This document shows, one piece after another, positions 1 through 17,612 of a DNA stretch of 64,000 nt (the stretch's first letter is position 1; every line of letters starts with the position of its first letter). This DNA comes from Eledone cirrhosa. Taxonomy: Eukaryota. The DNA lies in contig OZ024740.1 in the NCBI GenBank assembly GCA_964016885.1, positions 345,340,001-345,404,000 of the forward strand. The letters are read 5' to 3'. The notes beneath the pieces are model-generated. The model was not told the DNA's origin and searched no databases. It was given only the letters and a program-made list of their open reading frames with translations. The translations under genes were made by a program, and so were the position numbers.

Positions 1-1099
1 AATACCACCACCATCTTCATCATCATCATCATCATCATTATAATCATCATCATTATCACCGCCAATACCAATACCACCACCATCTTCATTATCATCAACA
101 TCATCAGAAGTATCAGCAGCAAAATTATTAACAGCAAAAATATAAAAATATAAATGTAAAAAGATATAAACAGCACCAACAAAGATAGCGTATATAATAT
201 TTATTGGGTTATAAGTACAAAATCTACGAAGATTCTGAAAACTTAGGATCCATCCATTTCCAAAATATTTCTGTAAACAAAATGTTGACTTAATATTCAA
301 CCGAAAAGATTGTGAGTGTATAAACAATAATCAAACAAACGGTGAAATTATGCATTTTTGAAATGGCAATAAAATACCCGGGTAAAATGTATTATTACAA
401 TGGTTAATTTCGCCTCTTCCTGTCCTGACTTCAAATTATACATTTATAGTTTTCCCTTCTTTGAGGACGGATGAAATAGATTTATTACTGAAATTCATTC
501 AATCGAACAATGCGTTAACCCTCGGAGAACTGGTTATTAAAAAAATGATAATTCTTATATTTAATCCAGGGTAAGCCCACGCAAAAACGAGTGTGGAGAG
601 TGCAAGGAGGTTTAACTTTTCGATATTTTAACTCACTTGTGGTACTAATGTATATTTTAAGAAAGAATGGGACCGTTTCTCTACCTTTTTTTCTTTTCCC
701 CGAATATAGTTATTTTCCTTTCTTGTCAAACAAATCCTTCTTTTTCAACCCAAACTTTACTAATTAGCATATACTATTTTCTTGAAAGCTAGGCTGAAAT
801 ACAGTAAGTTAAATCAAGGGCCAAATGTATATATTTCCAACATGGTAAAGACACATTAAATTATGTGATCTTCCCTACAATCTTAAGATGCGCTACTCAA
901 TGAATACAGTATTCCGAGTTCGTACATGAGTGTTACTTAACCATTGTATATATTTACAATATGTGTGAAGAATATGTGCTATAACCATATAGTCCAAGTT
1001 TAAGAAGCTATCCTAAAGAACAAAACATTATATTACAGAGATTTAAAGCTGTCCTGGACAGTAAGATTTACTTGACATAGCAAATTTAATTTCAAAAAA

Positions 1100-1340
1100 T
1101 TATGATGATTTTAATATCAATGGTTTAGTTAGACAAGTAGCTAAGTCCTATCATCGTTGGATTTCGTGGCACGTGGGATGGAAGGAAATCGTTATACACG
1201 GACATATGACCTAGCCAGAATGATCCATTTGTGAAAACGTGCTAAATCATGTCAAAGATGAAGTCTACAAACAAAAATTAAAAGTACCACATAAGCGTAA
1301 AATACTTACGGAAAACCGAGTGTGCTTTGTTATATTATGT
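1100..1340 (+). mobile_element. Highly decayed Tc1/mariner-type transposase remnant (C-terminal catalytic region)
   Basis: Manual translation across frames gives ...HRWIS..., ...RTYDLARM... and ...HVKDEVYKQK..., reminiscent of the RWIGR...WPxRSPDLxPxD...LKDKVY block of Tc1/mariner transposases. Many disruptions. Confidence 0.4.
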
Positions 1341-1785
1341 TTTTGTTGAAGCTATATCAGGAAACACACTAATACCAGTTACAACTCCACCAAATTCCTA
1401 ATTGTGTTTACAATAAAATGTCGTTGTATCGAGTGAAAATGAATCTAGTGTATTATATCTTATTGAACATAGCATTAAGAAATTATTTCCGAAAATTACT
1501 AATTGATATAATTTTTTTTTTTATAACGGCTTACCTATGTAAAATATTATCAAACATACACTAAATCAATCCTCTACATGCATACATAGAAACTATTTGT
1601 GTATGGACCCGTATTTCCCGGGGAAGTCACCGGAGCACTGCATCGACATACAGCATATCTAGGGCAATTCTTAAACCCTGGCGGAGCCCATCTCCTCTTC
1701 AGATCTAAATACAGCAGATTTCTTCCAGAGAAGGACAGAATGAGAGAGGTTGGAAGTGAGAAAGAGATATAGAAGAAGAAACGAC

Positions 1786-1939
1786 ACAAGCACTATACTG
1801 GTACTTTTTTATTGACCTCGAATGGATGAAATTCAAAGATGATCTCGTCGGGATTCGAAATCAGAAAGCAAGGAGCCCAAAAGAATACCGCAAAGCATTG
1901 TACCCGACGTGCTGACGATTCTGTTAATTCACTGCCTTA
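1786..1939 (-). mobile_element. Decayed copy of tRNA-derived SINE family A
   Basis: ctggtacttttttattgacctcgaatggatgaaa...gggattcgaa is a diverged reverse complement of the family A core (tttgcctttcatccttacggggtcgataaaataaagtaccag) seen at 20321 and 55884. Confidence 0.6.
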
Positions 1940-2582
1940 TACATAAAAACTACACATCTTATAATTGTATGCAATATGTTTCCATGGAGCAATGCTTTAA
2001 CAAAACAATACAAACCTGATCTAATGTAACACACAAAAAAAAAAGAAAAAAAACGTAGTGTCAATAAATTACAATGGAATACTGCATTTCAAACTTTACC
2101 ACATTTGCTAGGTTCAAAATGTCTTATAAATATTTTATGAGACTACATTACTATATATAATATACATATAGTCTATATAGTATAAGTACAGGCTGCTTGT
2201 AAGGACTTGAAAATAGTCAGAGATTCGACTCTTTGAAGAACAACGTAGATTAAATATTAATTATTGGAAAACGTTAAATTTGAAAGCATTGTTATATTAA
2301 CCTGATATCAATTCTTCTCGAACCGATTGCTTTTATTTTAACGATATATATTGATTTCTAGTAGAGGCAAAAATCAGTAATTTTAGGTGAGGGGTTATAA
2401 GTCAATTATATCGACCGTAGTGTTTGAATGATATTTATTATAGTAACTAAGTATATGATATTTATGTGGCCCATCGATTTGCTAGAAATAGAAGCTATCT
2501 CTCTCGAAAACAGAAATGGGATTCTCATGGTTGGAACAGTTTCCATCCTACATAAGTTGAACTTGTGATGACTTGATGCTAA

Positions 2583-2583
<1 letters not shown>

Positions 2584-2613
<30 letters not shown>

Positions 2614-2713
2614 CTTCTTCTTCTTCTTCTTCTTCTTCTTCTTCTTCTTCTTCTTCTTCTTCTTCTTCTTCTTCTATTACTACCGCCACCACCACCACCA
2701 CCACTACTACTAG

Positions 2714-2773
<60 letters not shown>
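2584..2773. repeat. Compound microsatellite (CTT)n-(CCA)n-(CTA)n
   Basis: Directly visible; explains the poly-S/R/E/V ORFs. Confidence 0.97.
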
Positions 2774-2774
<1 letters not shown>

Positions 2775-3904
2775 GATTTGCCTGAGAAGGATACAGCGAA
2801 AAGTTGGTCCCACTGGTATTTGAAATAAGAACAAACAGGGGCACAAATAAATGCTACAAAATCATCGTGCAAGAAAATAGTAAAAGTTGCCCGAGTGACT
2901 CTATCCCCTTTGGCTAGGAATAATTAAGCGGAAAGTGGAAGAGATTTTGTTCTGATTATTCAATTAAATCAGTAGCAGCTTAAACGAACAAAATGATTTC
3001 AGTTGAATTAATATATAACACCGTGGTCAGGACATATACTCATTGCACCCTTATAGAAAATAGGAATTTCCAATATAGCAACAAAGACACAAATTTATGG
3101 AAAAAAGTATTGATCAAACTACACTTGTACTTCATTGATATTTATTTTATCGACCTCAGAAGAATGATAGAACTGGACCATCGTACGATTTGAAATTAGA
3201 ACATGAAGCACTTCCTTATTTAGGTATTTTGCCCATGCTTCCATCGAATCTGTTTTCCATTACTTCCTAAAGGGAAATAACCGTATCGAGCTAAGGAGGA
3301 AGCCTTATGCAGTCATTCAACAGGCAAGAAATGGCAGGCAAGTCTCACTCAATTAAAATATCACCACCTTAAGAAAAGTAGGAGACAACGCAGATACTAA
3401 AAAAAAAAGAAAAAAAGAGTAGTTCGATTCTATTTTGCCTCGATCAGCGAGTACATGAGCTTGGAAAAAATCTGTCAGCTTCTATTTGAACTCTAGTTTA
3501 ATGAATTCCATCTATGATGCTTACGCCCCGGAAATAAACATAACAAAGATTTCGTGTCTAGTCAGGAGAAACTAATATTAAGTAAAGCAGTACGTTTTAA
3601 GGTTATTATTATTACAGGTATAAGGAAAAACTATTATAATGTGGCGCGCAATTTACTTCTATTGAAACAATGGCTGCCACCAATATCGCATTTTTTTTTA
3701 AAGATATATTTTTAAAAAGATATTTTAGATTTTTCTTTATATATATGTATATATATATAATACGTGGTGTGTGTGGGTTCGTATAGGTGTGTTCGCGTTT
3801 GTGTGTACGTGTGTCTGATGATCCTGTGTTAATCAGGCGAAACTCTAGAGTAACAAGACAAACTACTTAGCCTTAATAAATGAATATAGATGTATATGTA
3901 TATA

Positions 3905-4007
<103 letters not shown>

Positions 4008-4026
4008 GTGTGTGTGTATATGTATG

Positions 4027-4078
<52 letters not shown>

Positions 4079-4259
4079 GTGTTTCAATCTATCAATGTTG
4101 ATCGGGAAAAAGCAAATGAACCGAGAAATTGTTTTACGGACGAATAGCTGTTTTTGTTTTTTGATTGTCTAAACTGCTCTCTTAACGTTTTACAGGGCTA
4201 CTTTTTATTTGTCTTTAAAATAATAATTATTGAAACTTCTAGTGTACACACACGCACAT

Positions 4260-4312
<53 letters not shown>

Positions 4313-5705
4313 TGAACAAACATACGCACATACACACACAAATACGCACACATTATATAATGTTATTTTGATTTTGTTAACCTGAATTTCGCCTGAAAAC
4401 CTCTTTTATTTTCCTTTATTACGTTTCCTGTATACGACTAGATTGTATTTATAATTATTTTTATGGCTTAAATAAATAAATAAATAGATAGGTATATAAA
4501 TATAAATATGCTTCATCTTTCTAAATTCATTCATTCAGAAGGAATTATTTCACATAATGTGGTGATGGAATAGAGTAAAAAAGTATAACACTTGTAAGAC
4601 CATTTCGATCATGGCCCAATTCTAAGCAAGCCAGCTAACTGAAAATCATTTATTATAGAGAATCTTGAATTTGATAACTGGTTATGAACGATATATAATG
4701 CGGAGACTGGTTAGAGATGATTGATCTATGTTAGCACGTCAAAGGCTGTTCCTTTTTACAAAGAATTAGATCCATTGTATAACTAAATTCCCAAGGGGAA
4801 AATATCCTTGAATACTTAGTCAACTCTCACAAAGAACTGAATATAGCCAAATGCATTAAAACATAGAACAAAATGCTTTTCGATATTTATTTTGGTTTTA
4901 AGTGCTCAAATTCAACTTAAACACGTTCGGGTTCAATAAGATAAAATACTACTGCTGAAAGTTGGATTGGGGCGATTGTTGGAGCATCGAAAGAAATACA
5001 CTTCAGTTTATCTTTTGTTTCGTTGCGTTCTGAGTTCAGATCCGGCTCTGTTATATTTGTTTAGTAGATATAATATACCGATCAATTTAACACCGTTAAT
5101 TTACCACTGGGTATATTTAGAAGGGAGTCCGTTCTGTTGCAAGCATTCGACCAGATTACTGATTTGGAGATAATCTCCTCACTCTCTCAAGCAATCTGGA
5201 TGGCCTTGAAAAACGTGACGAACACTGACTTTCACTCCTCGACTAAACCTTAAAAAGCATAACTACAATTAGTTTTATAGTTTACGGAGCTCATCTCTTC
5301 TTTACTTTAGCTGGAGAAATAACAGAAATCTTTGTTAGAATCGACTGTGTGCGATACGGTGGCATTTAGCAATAGAACATCGTTGATACACATCGTCCTT
5401 ATATTGTAACTTAATGACATGAAAACGGAGGAAGTCTTTTGATAAGGTAGTCCTAGGTATGCAATGAATTAGGTACGTCCAAGATAGTTATTGTTGCAAC
5501 GTCTTTGAACAGAAACGTCTCATCCAGTGACGACCTTGACACAAGAGCATCAAAACCGATAAATACATCGACATATTCTGCTGAACACCATTTTACCAAT
5601 ATATAAAAACAGTATTGTGTGTCCATAAGTTTTAAATAAATATATATATGCACACACACACACACACAAACACACACAAACACACACACACACACACACG
5701 CACAT

Positions 5706-5752
<47 letters not shown>

Positions 5753-6217
5753 CATATTGTATGCGCATACAACAAACTTATGCATATTTACAAACATACC
5801 TTGCATTTCTACTTTTGATATATCACAGTTGTTGAGAAACAATGTAAAATATTTGTCAAACTAATGTCAAGGTTCCAAGGTTTTAAGAAATAATAAAATA
5901 AAAATGAACGAAAAGCAGGAACAGAAATTAACTGAAAACGATACAAATAAAATTCCCACCCAACCTTACACCGAGATATAAAGTAAAGCATAAGACATGA
6001 AAATAAAAGTATTAACAAAAGAATCAACACTAATTAAAGAATCAATTTGAATAGAATCTTCGCATGTTTTTTTCTAAAAGATGTTTATCATTAAGAGAAT
6101 TAAATTGATTTATGTAAAAGGCAACAACAAAAATTAAAGCAATATAACCATAGAATTATATTTTATTTTATTCTATTTTATTCGTTTGAATCAAAGATAT
6201 ATAAATATATGTGTGTG

Positions 6218-6328
<111 letters not shown>

Positions 6329-6429
6329 AGAGGTTATATTTAATTTGTTGGGATACAACAAGCAAAATATTTTTCTAACTGATATAAAGCACTCAAAAAG
6401 TTATTGGAGTAAATATACAATATATTAGC

Positions 6430-6486
<57 letters not shown>

Positions 6487-6492
6487 CATACA

Positions 6493-6526
<34 letters not shown>

Positions 6527-6527
<1 letters not shown>

Positions 6528-6546
6528 TATAATAATAATAATAAAA

Positions 6547-6617
<71 letters not shown>
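6527..6617. repeat. (AAT)n microsatellite forming the expanded tail of the adjacent SINE
   Basis: Directly visible; abuts the SINE 3' end atggtttct. Confidence 0.9.
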
Positions 6618-6619
<2 letters not shown>

Positions 6620-6750
6620 GTTTCTTATATAGGCACAAGGCCAGCAAATTTGGGGATGGGGAAAGTCGATTAAATCGACTCCAGTGCGTGACTGGTACTT
6701 TATTTTATCGGCCCCGTAAGGATAAAAGGCAAATTTAACCTCAGCGGGAA
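6617..6750 (-). mobile_element. SINE family A, 3' half (long variant with gtcgatttaatcgac-CCCC segment)
   Basis: Reverse complement matches the copy at about 56470-56688. Confidence 0.85.
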
Positions 6751-6790
6751 TAATAATAAAATACACTCTGTCTACACCTCGATACTGTCG

Positions 6791-6850
<60 letters not shown>

Positions 6851-6859
6851 TGATTTATC

Positions 6860-6901
<42 letters not shown>

Positions 6902-7096
6902 GTCATATGTATTCTTTTAATTTGTTATTCATATATTCATATGCTTATATGACTGTGTGGTTTAGTTGTGCATATTTATAGATTGATAAATAGTTTGATT
7001 GATCATTGTTTACATGATGTAAATTATTTTGTATGTAAACAGAAATGTTTAAATAAAGCAAGAAAAAGAAAAAAAACGCTTGTTCTGAATCAGGAA

Positions 7097-7636
<540 letters not shown>

Positions 7637-7927
7637 TGGTGGCTGCCAACTCGTTTTCGAGTACGGCCACTACTTTATATCCATGTAGGAGAACCCTTAC
7701 CGATGCGCTATACAAGTGTGACTTTTTAGTCCAGCCAGCGACTTGAAAACTCTGGTACAAACACTACACCTGTGACAATTATTGACACCTAGTGCTGGGC
7801 CCATGGCACCATGTGACGACAAGTGCAGAGAGATCTCCAGATACAAAGCAATGCCTGTGCCGTGAAGCTTTTATAGTGAGCAAAGGCACTGCACAATGCC
7901 AGTCCCACTCTCTTAACTAAGATGATA
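7637..7927 (-). mobile_element. About 290-bp interspersed repeat with RTE-like C2H2 zinc-finger 3' end (copy 1 of 3)
   Basis: Near-identical to 8092-8292 and 31533-31822. Minus strand reads [23 protein letters not shown], like the C-terminal finger of RTE-clade ORF2, followed by a short 3' UTR ending gtactcgaaaacgagttggcagccacca. Confidence 0.75.
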
Positions 7928-8091
7928 TTTACCAAAAAGAAGAACAAGTCAACATCATTGGATACCATCAGGGTTGCAGGTATTATATCAGAGTTTTCCT
8001 TCTCCTAGAATTCTCCCTTGACAAAGGCTAAGGGGTCATCTCTCCCGTATATATATATATATACATACATACATACACATATATATATACA

Positions 8092-8292
8092 TGGTGGCTG
8101 CCAACTCGTTTTCGAGTACAGCCACTACTTTATATCCATGTAGGAGAACCCCTACCGATGCGCTGAACAAGTGTGAGTTTTTAGTCCAGCCAGCGACTTG
8201 ATAACTCTGGTACAAACACTACACCTGTGTCAATTATTGACACATAGTGCTGGGCCCATGGCACCATGTGACGAAAAGTGCACCATGTGACG
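8092..8292 (-). mobile_element. Same RTE-derived repeat, truncated copy 2
   Basis: Matches the first about 190 bp of copy 1; ends in a small duplication of gcaccatgtgacg. Confidence 0.8.
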
Positions 8293-8817
8293 TCATTCAT
8301 ACATACATACATACAAACATATATACACACCACAACCCAACAACAGAAATACAGAGAGAGAACACGAGAATTAAACATGACGGATGTCATCTTTAACGCC
8401 AACGTCGATAAACGCAATATAATGAAAAACGATAATAACAATAGAAAAATAAGTTAAAAAAAGCATTATACCAAAAACAATGAAATATAAAATACCAAAA
8501 TGCACAACAAAACATGCTAAAAAAATTCCCTTCCTGGCAAAGACTAAAACACTCTTTCGTCTCTAACCTCTATCCAATTTGAAGACAAAATAATTAGGGA
8601 ATGTGTATTCACTGGAAAGGGGTGAGAGAAAACTAAATCATTTGACATGATGGTGTCATTTCGAGAACGGGAGCGCAGCCTTAACGACTTTAACAGTCTT
8701 CAAATATCATACCACGTGATCTTCTCCTCGTCTATCTATCTTGATATATAACATTATATCTATATATCTATCTACAAATCACTATCAGCATATGTGTATA
8801 TGTATAAATCTCTGTTC

Positions 8818-8914
<97 letters not shown>

Positions 8915-9429
8915 ACATATATGACTCTCAGGAGAGCTGGACTGCTGGTTTCCAAAGACGAAACCCCCCTCAATCGAGTGTTTCGGCCCTTATATATATA
9001 TATATATCAGTATATGCAAATATGAATATGTGTATGTAAATATGTATATATAGCTGTTTTATTTCGTTTGAAAACACGTATATATTAACCCCACCATTGT
9101 ATTTTAGTTCTTCTCCTTCACCTTAGCTCCTCCTCTCTTTCCTCTTCTACTTTGCCATCCATCTCCTACACCTTCCTTCTCTGGCAATGATTCTTAGATA
9201 TTCAGTTAGTGTCAACATACACAAATAAGCAGACACATCTGACATGCTAATATTTAGTTATCTCTATAAAATGTATAATTCAATTAATTTAATCTCCTTT
9301 CAAAGGACAAAATACAGTTGTAAAACAATGAACCTGTGTATCTATGTGTGTATATAAACATAAATAAAGGCAAACATACAAACAAATTCGCACATGCACA
9401 CACACGCATATATACATATATTCATACAC

Positions 9430-9465
<36 letters not shown>

Positions 9466-9608
9466 GCAGAAGGATGGGAGTTTACACATTATTGCACACA
9501 TTTTTGTGTATTACTCTATGTATACAATTGCAAATATATATTACATACACACACATCTATGCACTCAAACTCTCTTACAAACACTCAAACACACAAACAC
9601 ACACGCAC

Positions 9609-9700
<92 letters not shown>

Positions 9701-10045
9701 ATGTGTGTGTTTAATATTTGATGTGTCTGCATGCATGCGTTTATGTAATGTAAATACAAACATGGATAAAAAAGAAAACAAATGCAAACGGAATGTATCA
9801 AATCCCTGTGTTACCACCAACATAGAAAGCTGTTGCACTTGTATAGTTGCGCATCAACGTTTTGCCTTCTCGGAATGTGAAGATAACGAGTACAACACTG
9901 TTAAGATCTGAATGCATATATCAAAATAAATATTATAAGAACACATGACCCTAAATGTACGCATTGCATATTCATGTATATAAATTTCACATACACAAAT
10001 AGAGGCACATTATTACAATACACACACACACAACGCACACACACA

Positions 10046-10169
<124 letters not shown>

Positions 10170-10929
10170 CTCATTCATATTTGCCGGGAACAGTTATTCA
10201 TACATATATACAAACGAAGAACAGGTATGGTATCATTTAATCAAATATATATGCCCTAATACAGAATTTTTAGATTTTTCCACCTTTCCTAATGCCAGAG
10301 AATATTGAGTTGTTCTATACTTGTTAATCAAAAGTGACTGGAAGAAAACCTTAAGCTGGTGAAAATGTTCTCACATATGAATAGGTGCCCGTGTATCTGC
10401 GATAACAAACGCACGAACACTGGCTCAAATCAATTGCCTATCTTCAACAAAAATGATTCTTAATATCTTCAGTATATCACAATTCTGTGAAGTGATCAGA
10501 ATTCTTGATCAAACTACATATTTACACAAACGTTCACTGGTTTAAGTATTACAATATCTGGTAATATTAAAATTCCAAAGATGACACCTCTGTACATTGA
10601 CATGAGGCATTTAGTTAATCCTATCATATACTTTGCAAAACATCAAATGCTACATCGTAGGTTTTTGAATGACTTCAGTGATAATCCAACAAGCTAATAT
10701 GTCACGTTAATTATATATATAGACATGGCTATGGTCAATGTCTAGAATTCGCTAACGATAAGCCCTTTGTATATAACTTTGTATAGATATATGTACTTCT
10801 TGTTTCATTTCAAGCAACAAGGTGAATCATCGTTCGACTATTTATATAAGGCCTCTGTTGCTTTCCTCCTTTATCTACGTTTTCCTACGAAATTAAAATC
10901 ACGTATCACATCTGGTAAAGCAAACTAGA

Positions 10930-11430
10930 GATATATTCGGTAGTGGCTCAAATTTCGCTCTTGTAGTTTTGTAAAATCTTTGGCATGATCAGTTTTAACG
11001 TTTCCTAAAGTGGCTCGTGAGGAACTGAGGCCATCGCGAAATAATTCTGATTTTATGCGTCTTAATGCGTCTTTTAATATTTAATAAGTATATATAAAAC
11101 ATTTTTTAAAACTTAAAATTAACAAAGACAATGTATAGACCAAAGAAGATGTAATTTTCTGAATAAAATTAGAAAAAATATTTAGATTTTGAGTTTGAAG
11201 ATGAGTCACAATATGTATAAAGGAACGTGAAATGTGAATTTTCCAAACAAATTTATTGACAGCTATTTAGAATTGTGATCGTTGAAAGCGAAACTCTCTA
11301 AAGAACTGGCGAAGTTTGGAAATTATTTACGCCAAAAACAGCATTATGTAGGAGGCTTTCAACATATCGCCTACATCTTATTAATAGAGGCTTATCCACT
11401 TTCCAGTTGTTGACTCAGCAAAAATGGATA
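10930..11430 (+). mobile_element. Possible very decayed hAT (Charlie/Spin-like) transposase remnant
   Basis: Fragments near 11370-11428 translate to SPTSY..RGLSTFQLLTQQKW, resembling FPTSYLVERGFS...LLTKKR of the hAT dimerisation domain. Weak. Confidence 0.3.
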
Positions 11431-11574
11431 TTTCTTTGTCATGTAGATACATAGGTCACGTATATAGTTTCCTTCTTGTTACCATTCATCGTCCCTCCAG
11501 TAAATACTTAATGTCGATTTGTACAATTTTAAGCAGAGTGATAGATAAAATATCTGAGAGAGGGAGAGTGACAG

Positions 11575-11644
<70 letters not shown>

Positions 11645-11738
11645 GCGGAAAAGGTGGAAGGAAATAAATGAAGCACTGAATTCTAATACACACACACAGA
11701 TACACAAACATATATGTGTGTGTGTGTGATGTATATGT

Positions 11739-11786
<48 letters not shown>

Positions 11787-11800
11787 TATACATATATATT

Positions 11801-13584
<1,784 letters not shown>

Positions 13585-13779
13585 GGTGCGTGTGTAGGTG
13601 TGTGTAGATGCGTTGATCAAATCTATTCATAGGGTACCTAGTGGTATGTATTCTAATGCCCATTTTCCTAAAAATAAAATGTTAAAAGCTACGTATATAT
13701 TGCATAACAAACGTTTTGAAATGTTATTTAGAATATCTAAAAGTAGAAATTAATAAAGAAAATAATAGAAAAATGCATT

Positions 13780-15350
13780 CTATAAAGATTATAAAACATT
13801 TACAGAACTTCAATGTTATTTTACTTTTGTCTTTTGAGCACATACGAAACGTTTATGGGGTTTTCCTACTTTGAAACAACCGGCATACTATTGACCATGT
13901 GAGAAACAGCCCTCTTCTAGATGGAGACCACAACCTGCAGAGTGTGATCTTGAGACTTGTTAATGGTCATTACGTAACTGACTCTCACTGGGAATTGCAA
14001 TCGTTTGAAGTGAAAAGTTACATCTGTTGGTATTAGAGGTTTTCTAGGTATTAATACAATGTCTTCATTACCAAACCTAGTTAGGATTTTGGTTTCTATA
14101 ATGTGAACTGTAGTTCAATCACAACTATATGCGTCTCATTGTACAATATTGGCTGATCCGTGTTTCTAAGAAGCATTATGACTGCGCCCTTCTTCAATTC
14201 AAGGTTGTGTGGCGGATGGTTCCAGAAATTTTAGAAATTCAACAGGATTATGAATAGCTGCATTCGTCGATAATTTTGTCGATAGATTTATAGGTCTGGC
14301 TACCTCCAGGGGTCATTTGGGAGAGATTTTTGATGAGGCATACACTATGATGGTTTTGGGGGCAAGGATTGTTGTTTCACACAGGGACTCTTCGTTGGAA
14401 TGGTGGATTTCGATATTAGGAAACACTTGATTAGTTAATCTATGAACGCTTTTCACAGCAGTACAAAATGGTATATATATATATACATACATCATGATAC
14501 ATTAATTTGTAGGTCCGTGTGTGTGATGATTGTATGTTTAAAACCCTGAAAGTTTGTTTCTAGCAGCATTTTCTAGCCATGGAATCCCAATATATTTTCT
14601 CTTTTTTTAATCGTTTTCAGAACTGGAAAATCCTCCCTGCCAACAATATTGTAAATGTCGAATTGCGTATAATTCATCCAACTTCGATGGCTATAGACAA
14701 ACGCATATAGTTTAGCTTGCTAGTGGTGGCGGTGATTAGAATAATATTTATTGCTTTGGATATGCTGTAATGTATTAAGGTATTAGGTCACCATATTCGA
14801 ATTACAAAATCAACTATGCTATCCTGGTTCTAATTTAATGCTATATATATATAAACATGACTACACACAAAGATGTTCTGTTATATTCTGGCTTTCAGTT
14901 GTGACCCTATATGATGAAGATGACGTACTGCCCTGACAAAATACACTTTTAGATTAGATGAATTTTATCATTTGAAAAAAAACAAAAAAAAACGATTGTT
15001 ACTGATTAGCGATTGGCTTAGCAGATTTATAACGAAAATTTCCAGTCATGATGATCGGGCATTTATTTTCGGAGAATATGCATCCATATCTATATTATTC
15101 AATGTTTATATTTGCTTTTAAGATGACATTGTTTCAATTGAGAAAGAGTTGGTTATGGCTCACGTGTTGAAAGATTTCGTTGTGGTGCCTTCTGGCAGGA
15201 TAAATCTTAAACGGTATTTATAATGGAACCTTTGATTTCAGTTATCTGTGTGAAGAAATCGGAAATGTTCATGACATCAAATAGATAGAAATTGCTATGA
15301 CGTGGTGTTAATGGGTACAGAGAAAGTCAAATAAGAAGAATTAGGCACAG
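13780..15350 (-). mobile_element. Decayed Helitron RepHel PIF1-type helicase remnant
   Basis: Minus-strand fragments: LTNQVFPNIE...LCETTILAPK, PVEFL, PPHNLELKKGAVIMLLRN, VLIPRKPLIPTDVTFHFKRLQFPVRVSYVMTINKSQDHTL. These match the Helitron PIF1 C-terminal motifs. Frameshifts and stops present; the boundary beyond about 14500 is approximate. Confidence 0.85.
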
Positions 15351-15797
15351 ATAGATCGATGTGTTTAAAATAGTAGGAAGCAAGAAATGTTGCATGAATT
15401 CGAATGGCTTTACTTCAGGTGTTATCAACAATAGAGTTTAAAAGTAAAATCCCCTTAACTTTGGGGTTTACTTGCACACTTGAGTTGCATTATAGTGTGA
15501 TGTCTAGATAGAACATGGCGCACGAGTTTCCAATACGTGCGCACACAAACGCGCGCGCGTGCACATTTATGCAAACGCAACACATGCTCACACGTAGAAA
15601 TATATACGTACATACTTATGTAGAATCATGTGTGGATACATACTCTCGTGTGTGAGCACATATCCCCATATACAATATATATATATTTGCTCTACGGTTC
15701 TTATATATTTGATATATATTTATCCTTATCGAGCCCTCTACGGATTTTAGTCTTCAAATTTATTATTATTACTATATATATATACACACACACATGC

Positions 15798-15840
<43 letters not shown>

Positions 15841-15913
15841 GCACATACATGTGTAGTCTCTATTGAGGTAAAGTGACAAATCTATGTTTCACCAGTGTAA
15901 TCATATGTTCATT

Positions 15914-15966
<53 letters not shown>

Positions 15967-16305
15967 GCGTGTATGTATGAATGTATCTAATTATGTATGT
16001 ATGTGTGCATATATGTATGTATGTGCATGGATCTATATTTGTTAGTAACGAAAATAAGGTTTAACTACGAATTCGGTACCAACTGAGGAATTAGCCGAGT
16101 ATGATATATTCCTAACAGAATAATTAAAATACTAACATATATATATATCTACGTATGTATATATGTATGTCACAAGCACACACACACAGACACATATATA
16201 TATATGTGTGTGTGCATGTGATCGTGCATGCCTGCGAGTTTTTTCGTGTACATACATACACACATACATTTAAACTTTCATACATACAAACATACACGCA
16301 TACAT

Positions 16306-16398
<93 letters not shown>

Positions 16399-17341
16399 CA
16401 TACGTATGTATATAGGCTTACCCCTCAATCTCAGCGGGGTTGATAATTAGATGTTACAGTGATATGAATTTAAGGCCTGATTAACGCCTCACTTTCCACA
16501 CACACACTCACACAACCAAATGCGAACTCTCTCTCAGTCTAAATAACCCATATACACAAACACACACATGCATGCACATGCACAGAAAAAAAACACACAC
16601 ACACAAGCGTGATCTCGCTCACTCTCTCAATCATTCTCTCAGTTCAAATAACTCTCACGCACACCATACATATGCCTGCACGCAAGGAAAGATACAAATA
16701 TATATACAATACACATGTTGGTGTGCTTTAATGCTATATGAAGGCGGTTTTGCTTATCTGCATGAATTAGCATAAACGGTCAATCTCTTTGGCTCATGTG
16801 ACGGTGGTGCTTTTTGTTGTTTGGTTTTGCTTGTTTATTTGTTAGTTTTCAGACAAATAGATTGGGGAGACAAGTGTAAATATTGCAGTTGTGGTGCTGG
16901 TTGCTTTGATAAGTAGGTGATAGTGGTTGTAGTTGTAGTTGTGGCTGTGGTTTCTGGTGGTAGTCATAGTGTTGTTGCTTACAATCTGTATGACAAAAAG
17001 AAACATTGATCGGTGAAACAGATGGTAACACATCTGCCAAGAAGAATAAATGAATGCAAAAAAGGACATTGTAACAAATGGCCCCAAAAGCAACAACAGC
17101 AGCCGCAATGAAAAATGGTAATAATAAAATTAATGGTAATAATAATAATGATAATTATTATTATTAATATTGTTCCAATAATGTTAATGAGGATTTCTTT
17201 ATTGGCCACAAGGGCGTATTATACAATGCTAAACATCTAATATGGTTATTGATATGAATATATTGCCGGCAACAAGAGCAATGAAAACAGACAGACCTGC
17301 AGATATACATACACACACACACAGTTATACATACACACACA

Positions 17342-17419
<78 letters not shown>

Positions 17420-17467
17420 CTTACACACGCATACAAACACAGACACACACATACACACACACACACA

Positions 17468-17546
<79 letters not shown>

Positions 17547-17548
17547 AT

Positions 17549-17612
<64 letters not shown>
